From positions 19,656,001-19,720,000 of the forward strand of contig NC_058368.1 in NCBI RefSeq assembly GCF_018350175.1: DNA of 64,000 nucleotides, in the 5' to 3' direction. Below the pieces are notes generated by a model. That model saw only the letters and a program-made list of their open reading frames with translations, did no database searches and was not told the DNA's origin. The position numbers and the translations under genes were made by a program. This stretch comes from Felis catus (taxonomy: Eukaryota). Positions 14,893-28,402 of the stretch are shown in pieces; the first letter of the stretch is position 1, and the number at the start of each line of letters is the position of its first letter.

Positions 14893-16694
14893 GTGATGCT
14901 CTTCTCTGCTCTTCCTCATGGCATTGTAAGTTAAGAGGAAGGAAAATTTAACATTTTTAAAATGTATCGGTTTTACGTGATAAATCTTCATGCTCAGAGT
15001 GAGATTTACTCACTCTCTCATTTATTCAACAGATATGTATTGAGTGCTAACTAAGTATCAAACCCTCTGCTCACTCAGTGGTAAGGGTAGAGGAGCTCCC
15101 TGTACACAAATACAGACAAAATGGAAACAACCAAATACAAACACGGTATGAAAGGCTGACCACGCAGAAGTGTGTCCAGGAGCCACTGGGATGGTGAAAA
15201 GGAGAAAGGGGCTAACTCTTGCTTGTTGAGAGGTGCACAGGAAGCACATAGTCAAGGAAGACATCGGAAAGAATGTCTCGGCTAAGTCCCGAAAGCTTGA
15301 TGGTGTTCCATGTTATTAGTGGGAAGGTTTTCGCAGACACAGAGTAACCCATAAGAAGGAATGAAACATTAAGATCCTGAAACCCTTGTTTTGCACGACT
15401 GGATGTGCCCCATCACTGACAGACAGTTGCTGGAGGCTTATGATCAGGCAGCTTCGTGTTGAGGCATGTTGAGAGATAGAAGCGTGGAAAATAGGTTGAG
15501 ACCAAGTTATGAAGACCCATGACTCTATCCTGATACAACCTTGTAGCACAATAAGAATTAAAATATTGTTTTAAATCTATTAGAGGTCAACAAATGATGT
15601 CATGCTGGATGATAAAACTCTCAGAACTTACTATGTGCCTGTCACCTGGGTCGTTGCATATTGATTTAGCTATGCCGATAGCTTCCGACTGGCATCTGTT
15701 CCGATTGGCTGTGCTGCCGTTCTGATGGGTCAGGGCCCTTGACCAGTTTTTAAGTACTGTATTTTGAATGTATCACCCCTGAAAATATTATTAAAATCAA
15801 GGACAGGGCAAAGTGGGTAAGCATTCGCCATTTTGTGAGTGATAGCCAATACATCAGACAACGAAATAAAACAGGAGGTATAAATACTAGAAAGGAAGGG
15901 GCAAAGCCATAGTTACTGGCAGATGATTTGACTTTCTCTCTAAACAAAAAAGGAATCAACTTACAATTTTAGAATTGATAACAATCAGAAAAAATAAGCA
16001 TATGATGCCAGATTTCTCCAAATTTATTTATGACTTTAATGCAGTCTTGAACAGAATTGACAGAGGATTTCTCCCCCTGGGAAACTCAACTAAATCACCT
16101 TTAAAAAAGTAATCTGGACAAGTAAATATGTGAGAAAGATAAGGAGTCTGACCCAGTGTCTTTGGTCTCAAAATTCTAGGTGACGAGAGAGACCCAGCTG
16201 CCGGGGTTGGGGTAGGAGCCAGAGGGAAGGCCGCTGTTTCTGACGGGAGGCCAGGGTCCCACAAAAGGCTAGGTGATGGTAGGGGGAGGAGGGGCAGAGG
16301 GAAGAGAAAACCCCTGGGAGGTGGGGTTGAGCATTTTCCCAATCGTGACACATACCCCTGGGGACATTGAGACCATCCTGGACTCGGCAACCAGGAAGGT
16401 ACATGATGACAAGTTATCACTCCTTCCCCTCAAGGCTCCAACTGGACCTGAGTAAAATGATTGAGGCTGGAAACCTTCCAGGGAGTGAGGAAGCAGTCTG
16501 CAGGGACGTCTTGTCCTCACACCCTCCCTAGAGCCCCTGGGAGCCCTGAATGTGGAGCTCAAGGACGCCCCAGCATTTTCCTGGAGCACCTTGGACAACT
16601 GCCCAGTCCCACAGGGCCCTTTGAACTTTAGGAGTTTGACTGTATTTTTTTTTTCCTTTTTCTTTGCCTCTTAGACCCCAAAGTTTATTTGTTC

Positions 16695-17055
16695 ATCTAT
16701 TTATTTATAAAATTGTGGCAAAATACACATAACATAAAATTTACCATCTTAACCATTTTAAGTGCAGAGTTCAGTAACGTCAAGTACAACAATGAGACAA
16801 ACTGTTGTACGGCCATCCCCACCATCCATCTCCAGAACCTTTCTATCCTGCACAACAGAAATGTGCCCACGAAAAATAACTCCCATTTCCCTGTCCCCCC
16901 GCAGCTCCTGGCAACCAGCACCGCCTTTGGGCTCAGAGCTTGACCACTCTGGGTACCTCATGTAAGCGCAATCCTACGGTGTTTGTCCTCGGGTGACTGT
17001 CTTATTTACTGCACTTGGTGAAATGTCCTCAAGGTACATCCCAGTTGTAGTGTGG
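16695..17055 (-). mobile_element. L1 3' end (L1MA/MB-like)
   Basis: aattgtggcaaaatacacataacataaaatttaccatcttaaccattttaagtg. Confidence 0.8.
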
Positions 17056-17153
17056 GTCAGGGGTTGACTGCCTTTTCATTCTCCTTCTGACTCTGAGCCA
17101 GTTCAGGACTCAGGCAACCCGCTTCTCTTTTTCTTAAGTTATTTTCAGGAACA

Positions 17154-17370
17154 GGGTGCCTGGGTGGCTCAGTGGATGAAGTGTCCGAATTCAGCTCAGG
17201 TCATGATCTCACAGTCTGTGAATTCGAGACCCACACTGGGCTCTGTGCTGACAGCTCAGAGCCTGGAGCCTGCTTCGGATTCTGTGTCTCCCTCTATCTG
17301 TCTGCCCCTCCTCTGCTTGCGCTCTGTCTCTCACTCTCAAAAATAAACAAACATTAAAAAAAATTTTTTA
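17154..17370 (+). mobile_element. Can-SINE
   Basis: SINE consensus; flanked by the repeat ttattttcaggaa. Confidence 0.9.
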
Positions 17371-17540
17371 ATTATTTTCAGGAAAATTAGAATGCTGAAA
17401 AAAGTTAAAGAGAAAATAAAAGTATGTATTGAAAATGCTTTCTGACCTAGGTGGGAGTTGAAGTGAGGGACCTAAAAGTTGCTTCCCCAGATAGGAAGCC
17501 GTTGGGGTTCACAGATGGAAAACTTAGAAAAAGTGACTCA

Positions 17541-17680
17541 GGGGTGCCTGAGTGGCTCAGTTGGTTAAGCGTCTGACTCCTTATTTTGGCTCTGGTTGTG
17601 ATCTCATGGTCATGGGATCGAGCCCTGCATCAGGGGCTCAAAATAAAATTAAAAAAAAAGAAAAAGAAAAGAAAAGAAAA
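17541..17680 (+). mobile_element. Internally deleted Can-SINE
   Basis: SINE head joined directly to the tail; TSD gaaaaagtgactca. Confidence 0.85.
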
Positions 17681-18728
17681 AGTGACTCAAATAGAAGAGT
17701 GACATCAGAATAGAAAGCTCTCCAAGGAAAGCATGAAGAGAACGAGAATGATTACACAGAGCTGATTTGAGAATGACACACAATGAAAGACAACCTTCTG
17801 CACAATCTGGGGAGGAAAATGGGGGTGAACGTTCACAAACGGGGGGGTCAGTGTCGACTGTTTCTCTGATTGCTCCTTATGTGGTACGCAACTTGGCCTT
17901 TGGCCAACTTTAATACCTCCCTTCATTTCTATGGCTTCTGTCGAGAATCAGGCATACCCTCATTAAGTCACAGACTCCTTTGTAATTAAACTCAGCGATA
18001 CACTCATTAACTCATTACTCTTTTGAATTAAAATTTCTTATGGGGTACATTGGATTTTATGAAATAACCCTTTTACTCATAGTGTCTGGCTTGGATGGAG
18101 TAAGAGCTATTGGTTCAACGAATGACTGAATTCACTTCTACCAGCAGGGCCTCATTATGTAGGCCACCTGAAGGCTTACTGGTGACAATATGCATAATAA
18201 AGTTTCCACTCCGAATTTAATTTTTAACTCAACTCTACTAATGTTTCCGCCATGGGGCCTTTATTCATATGGCAATAAGTGTAGTGGGCAAGAGGATTGA
18301 CTCAGGATCACATCGTCTGAGTTTAAATTCATTACACACACTCAGGAGCTACGTGACCTTGGGTAGTTACTTAATCTCTCTATGCCTCATTCTACTCATC
18401 TGTGAAATGGGGATATCAATAGCACCTGCCTTGCTTTGGGCAGCATTTCTAACAGTGGTTTTGTACTCATTTCCCACAGTAGCTGCTTCCACTGTCTGTT
18501 GCTAATCTCTGAGTTGCCTACCACCGCCCCCCATCCCAAAACTTGTTTGACTTTTCAGCCCTTCCACTTTTGTAACTAATTCCTTGTTTTAAATTCCCTG
18601 TTTTCCTAAGTGATAAGACTATTCTTTTTATTCCTATCATTTAGCCTTCGAATCTCATAATCACTTTCCAAAGACTCATGCTTTTTTAAAAACAAGTCTA
18701 TTTCTGCGTACAAATATATATTGTCTCT

Positions 18729-18940
18729 GGGGGCATCTGGGTGGTTCAGTTGGTTAAGTGTCAGACTTGGGCTCAGGTCATGATCTCACAGTCTGTGAGT
18801 TTGAGCCCCACGTCGGGCTCTGTGCTGACAGCTCAGAGCCTGGAGCCTGCTTCAGATTCTGTGTCTCCCTCTCTCTGCCCCTCCCCGACTTGTGCTCTAT
18901 CTCTGTCTCTCAAAAATAAATAAATGTTAAGAAGAAACTT
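18729..18940 (+). mobile_element. Can-SINE
   Basis: SINE consensus; TSD aaatatatattgtc. Confidence 0.9.
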
Positions 18941-20129
18941 TTTAAAATATATATTGTCCGGTTTGGGAACAAATATTCTGTGACCTTCTGCTGTGTCTAC
19001 AGCTGCGCCTGGAAAAACTGAGAGGCCACCTGGTCACTGACCCCCAGGAGGACGGCCCCATAACCTGAAATTTAGTCTGTTTTGACTCCTGAGCTGAAAC
19101 ATGTTCAAAAGGGCCTACTGTCCTCCTTCAGCCAGCTCCAGTCTCTGCTGGAGGGTCCTGGGGGTTGTAAGGCTCTGCTCCCCCTGCTCATAACCACCCC
19201 ACTTCAACTTGCTCAGGGGGAGGGGTGGCCCAGCGTTGCAGAGAAGAATCAGGGCACCCATACACCACCCTTTGCTCCGGCAGGTCCCCGTGTGCTGTGA
19301 AGTGGTCAGCTTGGGTTCAGGGCTAGAGTCTGGCAGGGCCGGGACTAGACTGAAACTAGGGAGGCACTGGACACAAGGTTTGAAGAGATGTCATTTTCAG
19401 GGCCATGCAAGTGCAGACTTGGCCTTAAAAGGGAATGCCTCCTTGTATTTTGTGCAGTCAGAACTCCCACCTTGGTCACAGCCTGTAGACGGGCCTTTTC
19501 CACGAAAACAACAACACAAAACGTAGCAAGCCAGGGCTGGAGGATGCATTTAATGCCATCTGATATGAAATGGCATTTTCATAGAGTCTCAGACTCGTAT
19601 AAAGTAACAGTTGAGGACTTCTGCTACCTGACGCTTGTAACAGGCAACGCAGCCTCCAGGAGTCGCGGCTTCAGACCGCGGACAATTAGGCGTTTATTAT
19701 CCTGGACACACTGCCTGCCCCAGATTTCACTCTCCGATCTAGCCTCTGGAATGACACTGAATGTTTCCTCTCTTTTCTTCACGGCAATCCTCAAGCACCG
19801 ACCGTGCCTCTCGTGTGCTCAGCCCCTCTTCCGGGACCTCCATCCCCTTCACTAAACATCCCTGTTCGGTGGACCCTTCCTCACATGCCACGAGGCATGT
19901 AGGGACAGCGAGAAGTGACAAGAGCCTCTCCAGACAGGTGTGCACCACCAACTAAATCTACGGCACTGGAATGGAATATTTCCAGCACTAATTATCACCA
20001 GCACTGAATTATAACCTCAGTCTGCATTGTAACGATCCCCCGGCCTTGCAAAACCTTCCTGGGATTGGTCTGCTGCCCCCTTCCGGCCGTGGGGAGCACT
20101 CCAGGTTGTTAAGGCTGCTGGTGGGGGTG

Positions 20130-20375
20130 TGCTTTTTACCCACCCACGAGAGTGGAAAAGGCAGATAAGCCACCCCTCGCCAAGGCAAAGGCCAGGAGTT
20201 GCTGTTATGCAGCAGGCAAGAAATCTGAAATGGGAAGTAGAGAAAGAAGAGTACAACAGAGAAGGGGACCTGAAAGTGAAGAGAGGCCCCACAGATGCAG
20301 ACCTGGACCTCTGGGACCCCAGCGTGGCTGAATTCTGCTCAGGTTCTGCATCGGGCTCTTTCCTCAGCTCTAAAG
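20130..20375 (+). promoter_or_regulatory. Candidate promoter / non-coding first exon of TMEM272
   Basis: Perfect donor AAG|GTGAGT at 20375/20376, about 8.8 kb upstream of the first coding exon. AGATAA (GATA) at 20163-20168 is flanked by CACCC boxes. Not proven. Confidence 0.3.
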
Positions 20376-21324
20376 GTGAGTCAGGACAGCCCGTGCAGCC
20401 TTTCAAGTTGGAGGAATGCTCCTAGCAGATGGTTTCTCAGAATCACTCAGAGGAAGATGGCAATGTGCTGATTTATGCTTCCTGGAAGGGAATGCCTGCC
20501 TTGTGGAGGTGCTTTTCTTAATTGTGTGAAGGGAACGAAAACCTTAATCTTCACTGAATCTAAGGAAAATGGTTTTTCTTGCTGAGAGAATTATCGCAAA
20601 GGAACAATGAACTACAGGGCGACAGCAAGTTGTGCTGGACTATTAGAAATAACTTGCTAACTACAGGGCAATGAGTGCACAGAACCTACTGGGTCTCTGA
20701 GCTGGTGGCTTTGACTTGATCATTACAAAAGTGTCATAGAGCTGAAAGGAAGTACGTTTTCCATTTCATAGGAACCAAACAATGAAAGGCACATGGGGGG
20801 TGGTGGGATCACTGGGGCACACAGTAGGTATGCAATGACCTCCACTGAATTCATGCATGGTGCAATAGTTAGGAGAGGAAACGTAGCATAGACTACAGAG
20901 GGAGCTACAGGCAATGAAAGATTTGTGTTCCGAGCAGCTGAAACGTCTGTTCGAAATATTCAACTCTCTGGTTAACGTCTGGTTTGGAGGAACAGGGATG
21001 GAGATGGTTAATGTTTAACCGTTAAGGTTACTCAAAACCAAGCAATGAGTTGGGGTCTCTGTCACATCCGATTTAGGAGCAACCAGTCTCGTTTACCAAG
21101 TAAACCATTAAAATTACACTCACCAAGTCAAAGACGTGCTCATGCTTCATGCTGGAGCTTCGGGGTGAAAATCAGTAATGCTCAGTACTGACCCAGTGCT
21201 CAATGTCAAGAAAACCTAGACACCTATCCATTCAGGCTCACTGTTAAATTAGGACACAAATCAGAGGCTTAAAGTAGCATTTGATACATCTGAACACTAA
21301 AACTTTAGGGGATGTTAGATCTAA

Positions 21325-21542
21325 AAGGGTTTCTCCAACTCAGCGCTACTGACATTTTAGACCAGATCATTCTTTGTTGTGGGGGCTGCCTTGTTCCTTG
21401 CAGGATGTTTAGCAGTACCCCCGGTCTCCGTCCACCGGCTGCTAGCCACCGCCCCCACCCTTAGTCATGACAATCAAAAACGTCTGCAGATACTGCCAAG
21501 GGTCCCTTGGGGAGCAAAGCTGCCTCTGGGTGAGGACCACTG
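21325..21542 (+). mobile_element. MER20 hAT-Charlie MITE
   Basis: ctactgacattttagaccagatcattctttgttgtgggggctg...tgcaggatgtttagcag...gacaatcaaaaacgtctgcagatactgccaa...tgaggaccactg. Confidence 0.85.
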
Positions 21543-21671
21543 AGATATGCCAACTGGACTGAAAGCTGAAGAATGTCCTTTGGCAATTATTATCAATTAA
21601 TTTCCTTCTGCCCTTTGTTATCGGTCAGCTTCCAGGAGAGAAAGCAACAGGAGCTATTATCACTATTCTCT

Positions 21672-21887
21672 TTTAAACATTTTTCTTAATGTTTTATGTC
21701 TGAGAGAGAGTCAGACAGACAGAGCACGAGTGGGGGAGGGGCAGAGAGAGAGGGAGACACAGAATTGAAGCAGGCTCCCGGCTCTGAGCTGTCAGCACCA
21801 AGCCTGACGCAGGGCTTGAACCCATGAACCATGGGATCATGACCTGAGCCAAAGTCAGATGCCCAACTGACTGAGCTACCTAGGCGC
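21672..21887 (-). mobile_element. Can-SINE
   Basis: SINE consensus in reverse. Confidence 0.9.
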
Positions 21888-22253
21888 TATTCTTATTGAT
21901 GCAGAAGCACACGTGAGACAAGCAATCCTCTCACCGTCTTACATAAGGATGAACTTCTAGGTCATTGCTAATTCACACTGGAGAGATAGTACTGCCTAGC
22001 TCCCTACCCCAATCTCTTCCTGTTTCAGATTTCTACCAAAAAAGAAAACCTATCAAGCAAGAAGCATTTTCATTTTCTTATTACTTAGAAACTTTTGAAA
22101 TTAACTAAAATTGTCTTTATCACGAAGATTAACATGGTTCTACTCTATTGGGCATCTCCTGTATTTGAGGGATTGTGCTCTTAGAAGAGCTTCTGTTTAG
22201 AAGGGCTAGGGAGCATGTCACTGAGTTTTGTGAGTTTTGCCATGTTCCCACCT

Positions 22254-22287
22254 TTAAAAAAAATTTTTTAATGTTTATTTATTTATT

Positions 22288-22322
<35 letters not shown>

Positions 22323-22478
22323 GAGCTGAGGAGGAACAGAGAGGGAGGGAGAGAGGCAATCCCAAGCTCCACGCTGTCAGCACAGAGCCCCATGTGGGGC
22401 TTGATCTCACCAACCATAAGATCATGACCCAAAATCAAGAGTCGGATGCTTAACTGACTGAGTCACCCAGGTGTCCCT
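22254..22478 (-). mobile_element. Can-SINE
   Basis: SINE in reverse; TSD catgttcccacctt. Confidence 0.9.
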
Positions 22479-22515
22479 GACATGTTCCCACCTTAGCAGT
22501 GAATAGATCTTTGAT

Positions 22516-22730
22516 TTTTTTTTTCAACTTTTTTTTTTTTTGGGGGGGACAGAGAGAGACAGAGCATGAACGGGGGAGGGGCAGAGAGAGAGGGAGACAC
22601 AGAATCAGAAACAGGCTCCAGGCTCCGAGCCATCAGCCCAGAGCCCGACGCGGGGCTCGAACTCACGGACCGCGAGATTGTGACCTGGCTGAAGTCGGAC
22701 GCTTAACCGACTGCGCCACCCAGGCGCCCC
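22516..22730 (-). mobile_element. Young SINEC_Fc-type copy with TSD TAGATCTTTGATTT
   Basis: Diagnostic young-subfamily bases; perfect TSD. Confidence 0.95.
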
Positions 22731-22889
22731 TAGATCTTTGATTTAAACCTGTAAATTCACACAGCGAGTTCTGTGAATAAAAAAGCAGATTTGCTACTAT
22801 ATTTTCCAATTACAGCTTTTTTGGTGGGCTTGGTACCTCAAAGGTATTTGTTTTTGCTTTGAATTGAAATAAATCCACATCAAATATCA

Positions 22890-23630
22890 TAAAAACTAAT
22901 TCACAAAAGGAGAAGACGACCAAAAACCAAACAAGTCATGAAACAATGTGCAATATCCCTGGTAAACAAAAATTAAATTAAAATCGTAATTAAATTCCAT
23001 TTTTGCCTATTAAAATAATAAAAATGCTTTAGTCTTTCTAACTCTGAATGCTGGCTAGGATACGGTGAAACTGGCACTTTGATGTATTGCTAGTGACATT
23101 GTAAATGGATACAACTCTTTGGGAAGTTAATTATATCTTAAAAGCCATAAAATTGTTCACCCTTCTAAATTCGGTAATCCCACGTCTAATTATTTATTCT
23201 AAGGAAGTATCTAATGTATGGAGAAAGCAATCTTCATGGACATATATGTCTCCCAGGATTAGTCAAAATAATCAGAAATTGTAAGTAAATATCCAATAAC
23301 CAGGTTATGGTTAGGCATAGGATGATATACATCCTGCTCTGTGGAATGTGGTAGAACTATTAAAATGATGGTTATAAAGACCACATAATTACAGAAAGAA
23401 TTCTCATGTCAAAACGTGGAGTGTTAATTTAATGTACCCATGAATGCGGCCATTTAAAATGTGTGTCTTTGTGCATGCATGTGTACACGTACAGGTACAT
23501 ATCCACACGCTTGGAAGAAAAGCTCTTAAAATACTAACAGTTGATGGGATACGTGTTCTGCAGTTGTTTATAGTGACAAATGGTTTTCTTTTCCCTATAA
23601 TTGAATTTTCTGTTAGTTTACTTCTGTAAT
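22890..23630 (+). mobile_element. Old L1 3' fragment
   Basis: tgctagtgacattgtaaatggatacaactctttgg, aatatccaataac, ttatggttagg. Confidence 0.55.
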
Positions 23631-23664
23631 GTTAAAGACAGTATTCCAAAAGAGAAACAGAGTA

Positions 23665-23866
23665 GACGTTCCTGGGTGCTTCAGTCGGTTGAGCGTCCAG
23701 CTTTGGCTCAGGTCGTGATCTCGCTGTTTGTGAGTTCGAGTCCCGCGTCAGCCTCTGTGCTGTTAGCTCAGAGCCTGGAGCCTGCTTCGGATTCTGTGCC
23801 TCCTCTCCCTGCCCCTCTCCCGCTTGTGCTCTGTCTTTCTCTCTAAAAAATAAATAAACTTAAAAA
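23665..23866 (+). mobile_element. Can-SINE
   Basis: SINE consensus. Confidence 0.9.
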
Positions 23867-25100
23867 GAAAAGAGAGAGAGAGAGAAACAGTATCTCCTCA
23901 CCTCCATCACATCATCACATCCTATCTCCCTTTTTTGTTTCTCTCCGCTCTAGTGACTTGTTTCTGCTTGTCTATAACCCCTCAGGCTACTTTTTATCTC
24001 CGGAATTGGGGGAAACAATGTAACTGATTTCCTTTCAAAAAAATACTTCTTCAATGTTTTAAATTATAAACATAAAACCGGCTCAGGGGTAGAAAGGTGA
24101 GGCAGGATTAGGGTATAAAGTACAAACGAAAATACTTTGCAGTCATGCCTCCAGCCCTTTCTTCGGACCCTACCCCATGGCCCGAGTTCTGGTTCATCTC
24201 TCCAAACGCAGTGGTTCTTAATGCGGGGTGTGTCTGCTTCTGAGCTTTTCCTGTGCATTTGTGGAGACGGTTTTCACACCCATGAAATCGTATTACACGC
24301 ATCACCCTGCCCACTCAGGTTGTGACAGATTGTGCCAAAAACCCCTCCAAAGAAGTGGTACCAACAACGTATCCTTAGCTCTGTTTTTCTGTCTCCTCAC
24401 TAAAATCTTAAACTGTTCGATCTTTGCCAAGCTGATAAGGGAAAGATGATAGCTCGCAGTTGTTTTAATTAACATGTCATTCCTTATCAGTGCAGTTGAA
24501 CACAATTTATGAAGGCTGGTGGCCAGCATTCGGGACTCTGCATGGGAATTCTGTCATCGCTTTCTGGCTGAGCGTCAGAGCTCAGCTGCAAGGTCACAGC
24601 CACCTGTCTCTTCGGGGACATTCTTGAAGGCGTGACGGAATTAGTAGCACATCATTCTCTTTTAGTTCTCATCCATCTCACCGGCTTATGAAAATAAAGG
24701 GCTTGAGGAAACAAGAATTGCCCCACCTACAAAATGATCTCAAAACCTGTACCTTGTGTCGGTGTGTTCTTTTGGATCCCGCTTTACGGGGTCTGATCTT
24801 GTTACCAATAAGGATATCTTTGGTTTTTAAATGGACGTTTCTACCACTCTTTGCAGTTAGAGACTACAAAGATCAGCCGCTCTGGGATATTTGAATCTAA
24901 AAAGTTCTCTGTGCCCCCCTACCCTGTTTCTTGTAGTGGACACTGTTCAAGTTTCACGGGGAAACTAATGTGCATGTCTCCTACCCCATTTAGTGGCTCC
25001 TACCCCATTTAGTACAAACGTTTGTACTGTTCTGATGTGACACAGACAAGCTCAGATGGTTTCCACAAAGCTGTTGTGGATTTAAAAACTGGAATATCTT

Positions 25101-25282
25101 GGGGGCACCTGGGTGGCTCAGTTGGTTAGGCGTCCGACTTCGGCTCAGGTCATGATCTCACGGTTTGTGAGTTCGAGCCTGTGCGGTCAGCACAGAGCCT
25201 GCTTCGCATCCTCTGTCTTCCTCTCTGTCTGTCCCTCCCCCTGCCCTCAAAAATAAGTAAACGTTAAAAAAATTTTTTTTAA
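25101..25282 (+). mobile_element. Can-SINE
   Basis: SINE consensus. Confidence 0.9.
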
Positions 25283-27843
25283 ACATGGGATATCTTGGGT
25301 TGTAGGTATGATAGGAAGAATTCAACTCCACACACAAGTCTGAACACTACGTATGATGGAGGAGGAAAATGTTATGGCCCCTGGCTAGATGTGAAGTCCA
25401 CACCAACCCCTGAGAAGAAAATTCCACCAGCCTCTAAATGTTATTTACGTACCGATCCACGGTGCCCAGGGCCTGTTAGTGAAGTCCACAAGTTCTAGAA
25501 CTCCAAAGGCCGAGAGGGCAGGGAGACAGGACATCTGGAGCTGAGACAGGAAGAGAGCCACGTAGGGACCGGGAACAATGTCTCTGATGCTGCCAGAGGT
25601 AGAGGGACTGGGGTTTCTCTCCCCTCAGACCGGCCAGCACATACAGATGACAGGACTTGCCCAGAGCGAGGGCTTTGTGTCATACATGAGACACAACTGT
25701 TCTTTACCTCAGAAGGGGGAGGGAAAGAGCTGTCCCTCCCCATGAGGAGCCCTGCTGAGCCAGAGCCCCCTCCTGCCCTTTTCAACACCTGGGCTTGTCC
25801 TCAGGTACAGGATGGTTGTTGTCTAGACGGGGTTTTAAGTGGCCTCGTTTGTGTGGCACCCCCGTGGTAATCGACCTCCATAAGTGTGGACACCAACAAT
25901 ACATCTGTCATTCATTCAGCAACCAGCTGTTTATGACTGAGGGCCTGCTTTCTGTTTAACCAAAGGACATGCACCTGGAAAATCCCATCAGGCCAGAGGA
26001 GTGGCCTCATTTCACGCCTCTCCGTGGGAAGCCGAGTAAACGATGTGGAAGGAGGCTGTTGCTTATTCACGGCTGCAGTGTTCCGGATTCTCTGTGTGTG
26101 GGGATGCCAAGGGGATGGATTCTGCAAGGATAGTGTGGAAAAAGTGGAGCCTCGTGAAGAGACACTTGAACAGCTGTTTGTGGAGTTGTTCACCAAGCTC
26201 TTTCATCGCCTCACTGTAATGGGGACTTCCAAAGTCGGCTCTGGTCGAGGGAGACCAGGCATCTTGAGTTTGGCAGATCTTTAGACACCTGGACCTAGCT
26301 CTGTGACCTTGGGCTCGGTTCTTCTGACCCCCAGTTTCCTCATCTGTAAAATAGGGATAGTACTCCTTCCCTGGCGAGATAAGATTGTGCATCCGCAGGA
26401 CCGATGGAAAAAGCGCACCGACCTCGCAGCCCTTGACTCACGCTGCGGAGCCTCTCTTTCTAGGTGTCCGCGCCTTTCCTCCTGCTCTGTGGTGAGGAGG
26501 GGGAGGGACCGTGGGCTTGGAGGTCACCGAGACCAGGCTTCGGACAGTCACGGAGGTCTCATTTCAGATGCCAGCTCTCCCGCTCACCGGCTGAGTGACT
26601 TTGAACGTACAAACGGTGTGAATCTCGGTTCTTCCTGTAACATGGGGCGTGCCTGCCTCCTGGGGGGCCGGTGGATGAAATGAGGTAGCAAGTGGGGGAC
26701 CGGGGCAGCGCATCAGTGCTGTGCCTCTGGTTTGAGACACCCCCCCCCCCGCCGTCCCCTGTCACGTTGACTCCTACTTGCCACGAAGGGGATTGTGCAG
26801 ATACCAGGCCAGGTTTTGAGTGTGACATGTCCCCGAAGCAAAGTGATGGGGAATAAAAGCCCCGTATCTCATCGTAATCCCCGGAGCTGGAAGCGCTGGC
26901 TCAATCACCCAGCCCGAGAGTTAGCAGAGGATCAGCGGGGGAGAGACGCTGCCAGAGAAAGCGCTGCCTGCCCGGGTGGCCTCCTGCCAGCAGGCTCCCG
27001 CCGCCGAGCGATGGCAGTGGAGTAAATCACAGTGAACAACAGCTTCAGGCGGCCCTGCTTCTTAGCCAGCATTTCCACCTCTGTCCCCGCGCTGCAAATA
27101 CCCACCTGTCACTGCCAGCTTCCCCTGCGTGAAGGTCTTTCCTCCCAGGAGGGCTGCGCGGAATACTGCCAAGATGCCCTGCTCCCCCGGCCTGCGAACC
27201 GCGGCGCGACTAGCACTGATGAGGTTTGATTTTGTTTGATTTACTTGTTTCCTGAACATTAATTTTCTCTTTGTGTGAGTAGAGCTGACACACAATGTTC
27301 CATTAGTTGCAGGTGTACTGCATCGTGATTCAACAAGTCGATACGTTGCACCGGGGGCTCTCGCTACAGGTGTAGCGACCATCTGTCACCATCTGACACT
27401 GTTACAATAACACTGGCTGTGTTCCCTGAGCAGTGCCTTTGATCCCCGTGACTTACTCATTCCGTGACTGGAAGCCTGCGTCTCCCGCTCCCCTGCACCC
27501 ACCTTGCCCGTCCCAGAGCATGGCTGCAAATGGAGCTGTGCCCGTTCAGTACAGGTTCCTGGAGACACTTTTTGTTAGCACCCTGTCTTTTGTAGCCCGC
27601 CTGGGTCAGCCAGCCCTCCCAGAGACCAAAGTCTGCCGAGCAACAAAAACTTCTCCCAAGTAGAAAATTGTACAACTGCCCATAACCAGGCTTCAGGCGA
27701 AAGGAACAGAAATCTGCCCCCACCCCACAACCGTTCCCCTTAATGTCTTTACAGGGTGACATCATTCTCCTGGGCAGGGGAACTTGCTGTCTTACTTGAT
27801 TGGTTGGAGTTTTATTGGGTATTATAAAATTAATGGCTATACT

Positions 27844-28402
27844 GAGGTGCCTGGCTGGCTCAGTCAGTAGAGCATGTGACTCTTGACCTCAGGGCTGTAG
27901 GTCCTGGCTCCATGTTGAGTGCAGCGATTACTGAAAAATAAAATCTTTGGGGCGCCTGGGGGGCTCATCTGGTTAAGTATCTGACTTTGGCTCAGGTCAC
28001 TGCGTCACGGTTCGTGAGTTTGAGCCCTGCGTCAGGCTCGGTCCTGGCAGTGCAGAAGCTGCGTGGGATTCTTTCTCTTCCCCTCTCTGCCCCTCCCCTG
28101 CTCTCTCTTGTACTCTCTCTCTTTCTCTCGATAAACAAACATAAATAAATAAAAATAAAATCTTAAAAAAACACAAACATACATAAACACATTTTTAAAA
28201 ATTTTTTAATGTTTATTTTTGAGAGAGAGACAGAGTGTGAGTGGGGGAGGGGCCAGAGAGAAAGGGAGACAGAATCTGAAGCAGGCTCCAGGCTCTGACC
28301 TGTCAGCATACAGCCCCATGTGGGGCTTGAACTCACAAACTGCGAGATCATGACCTGAGCTGAAGTCAGACGCTTAACTGACTGAGCCACCCAGGTGCCC
28401 CA
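27844..28402. mobile_element. Cluster of three Can-SINEs: short old + copy, nested + copy at 27948-28160, and - copy at 28195-28402
   Basis: Three SINE heads; repeats aaaaataaaatctt and aacacatttttaaaa flank the younger copies. Confidence 0.9.

Noticed and set aside
15680..15746. CCAAT box plus the inverted repeat GGTCA-N7-TGACC
   Set aside because: The spacing does not fit a classical estrogen response element (N3); short motifs with no supporting exon or island.
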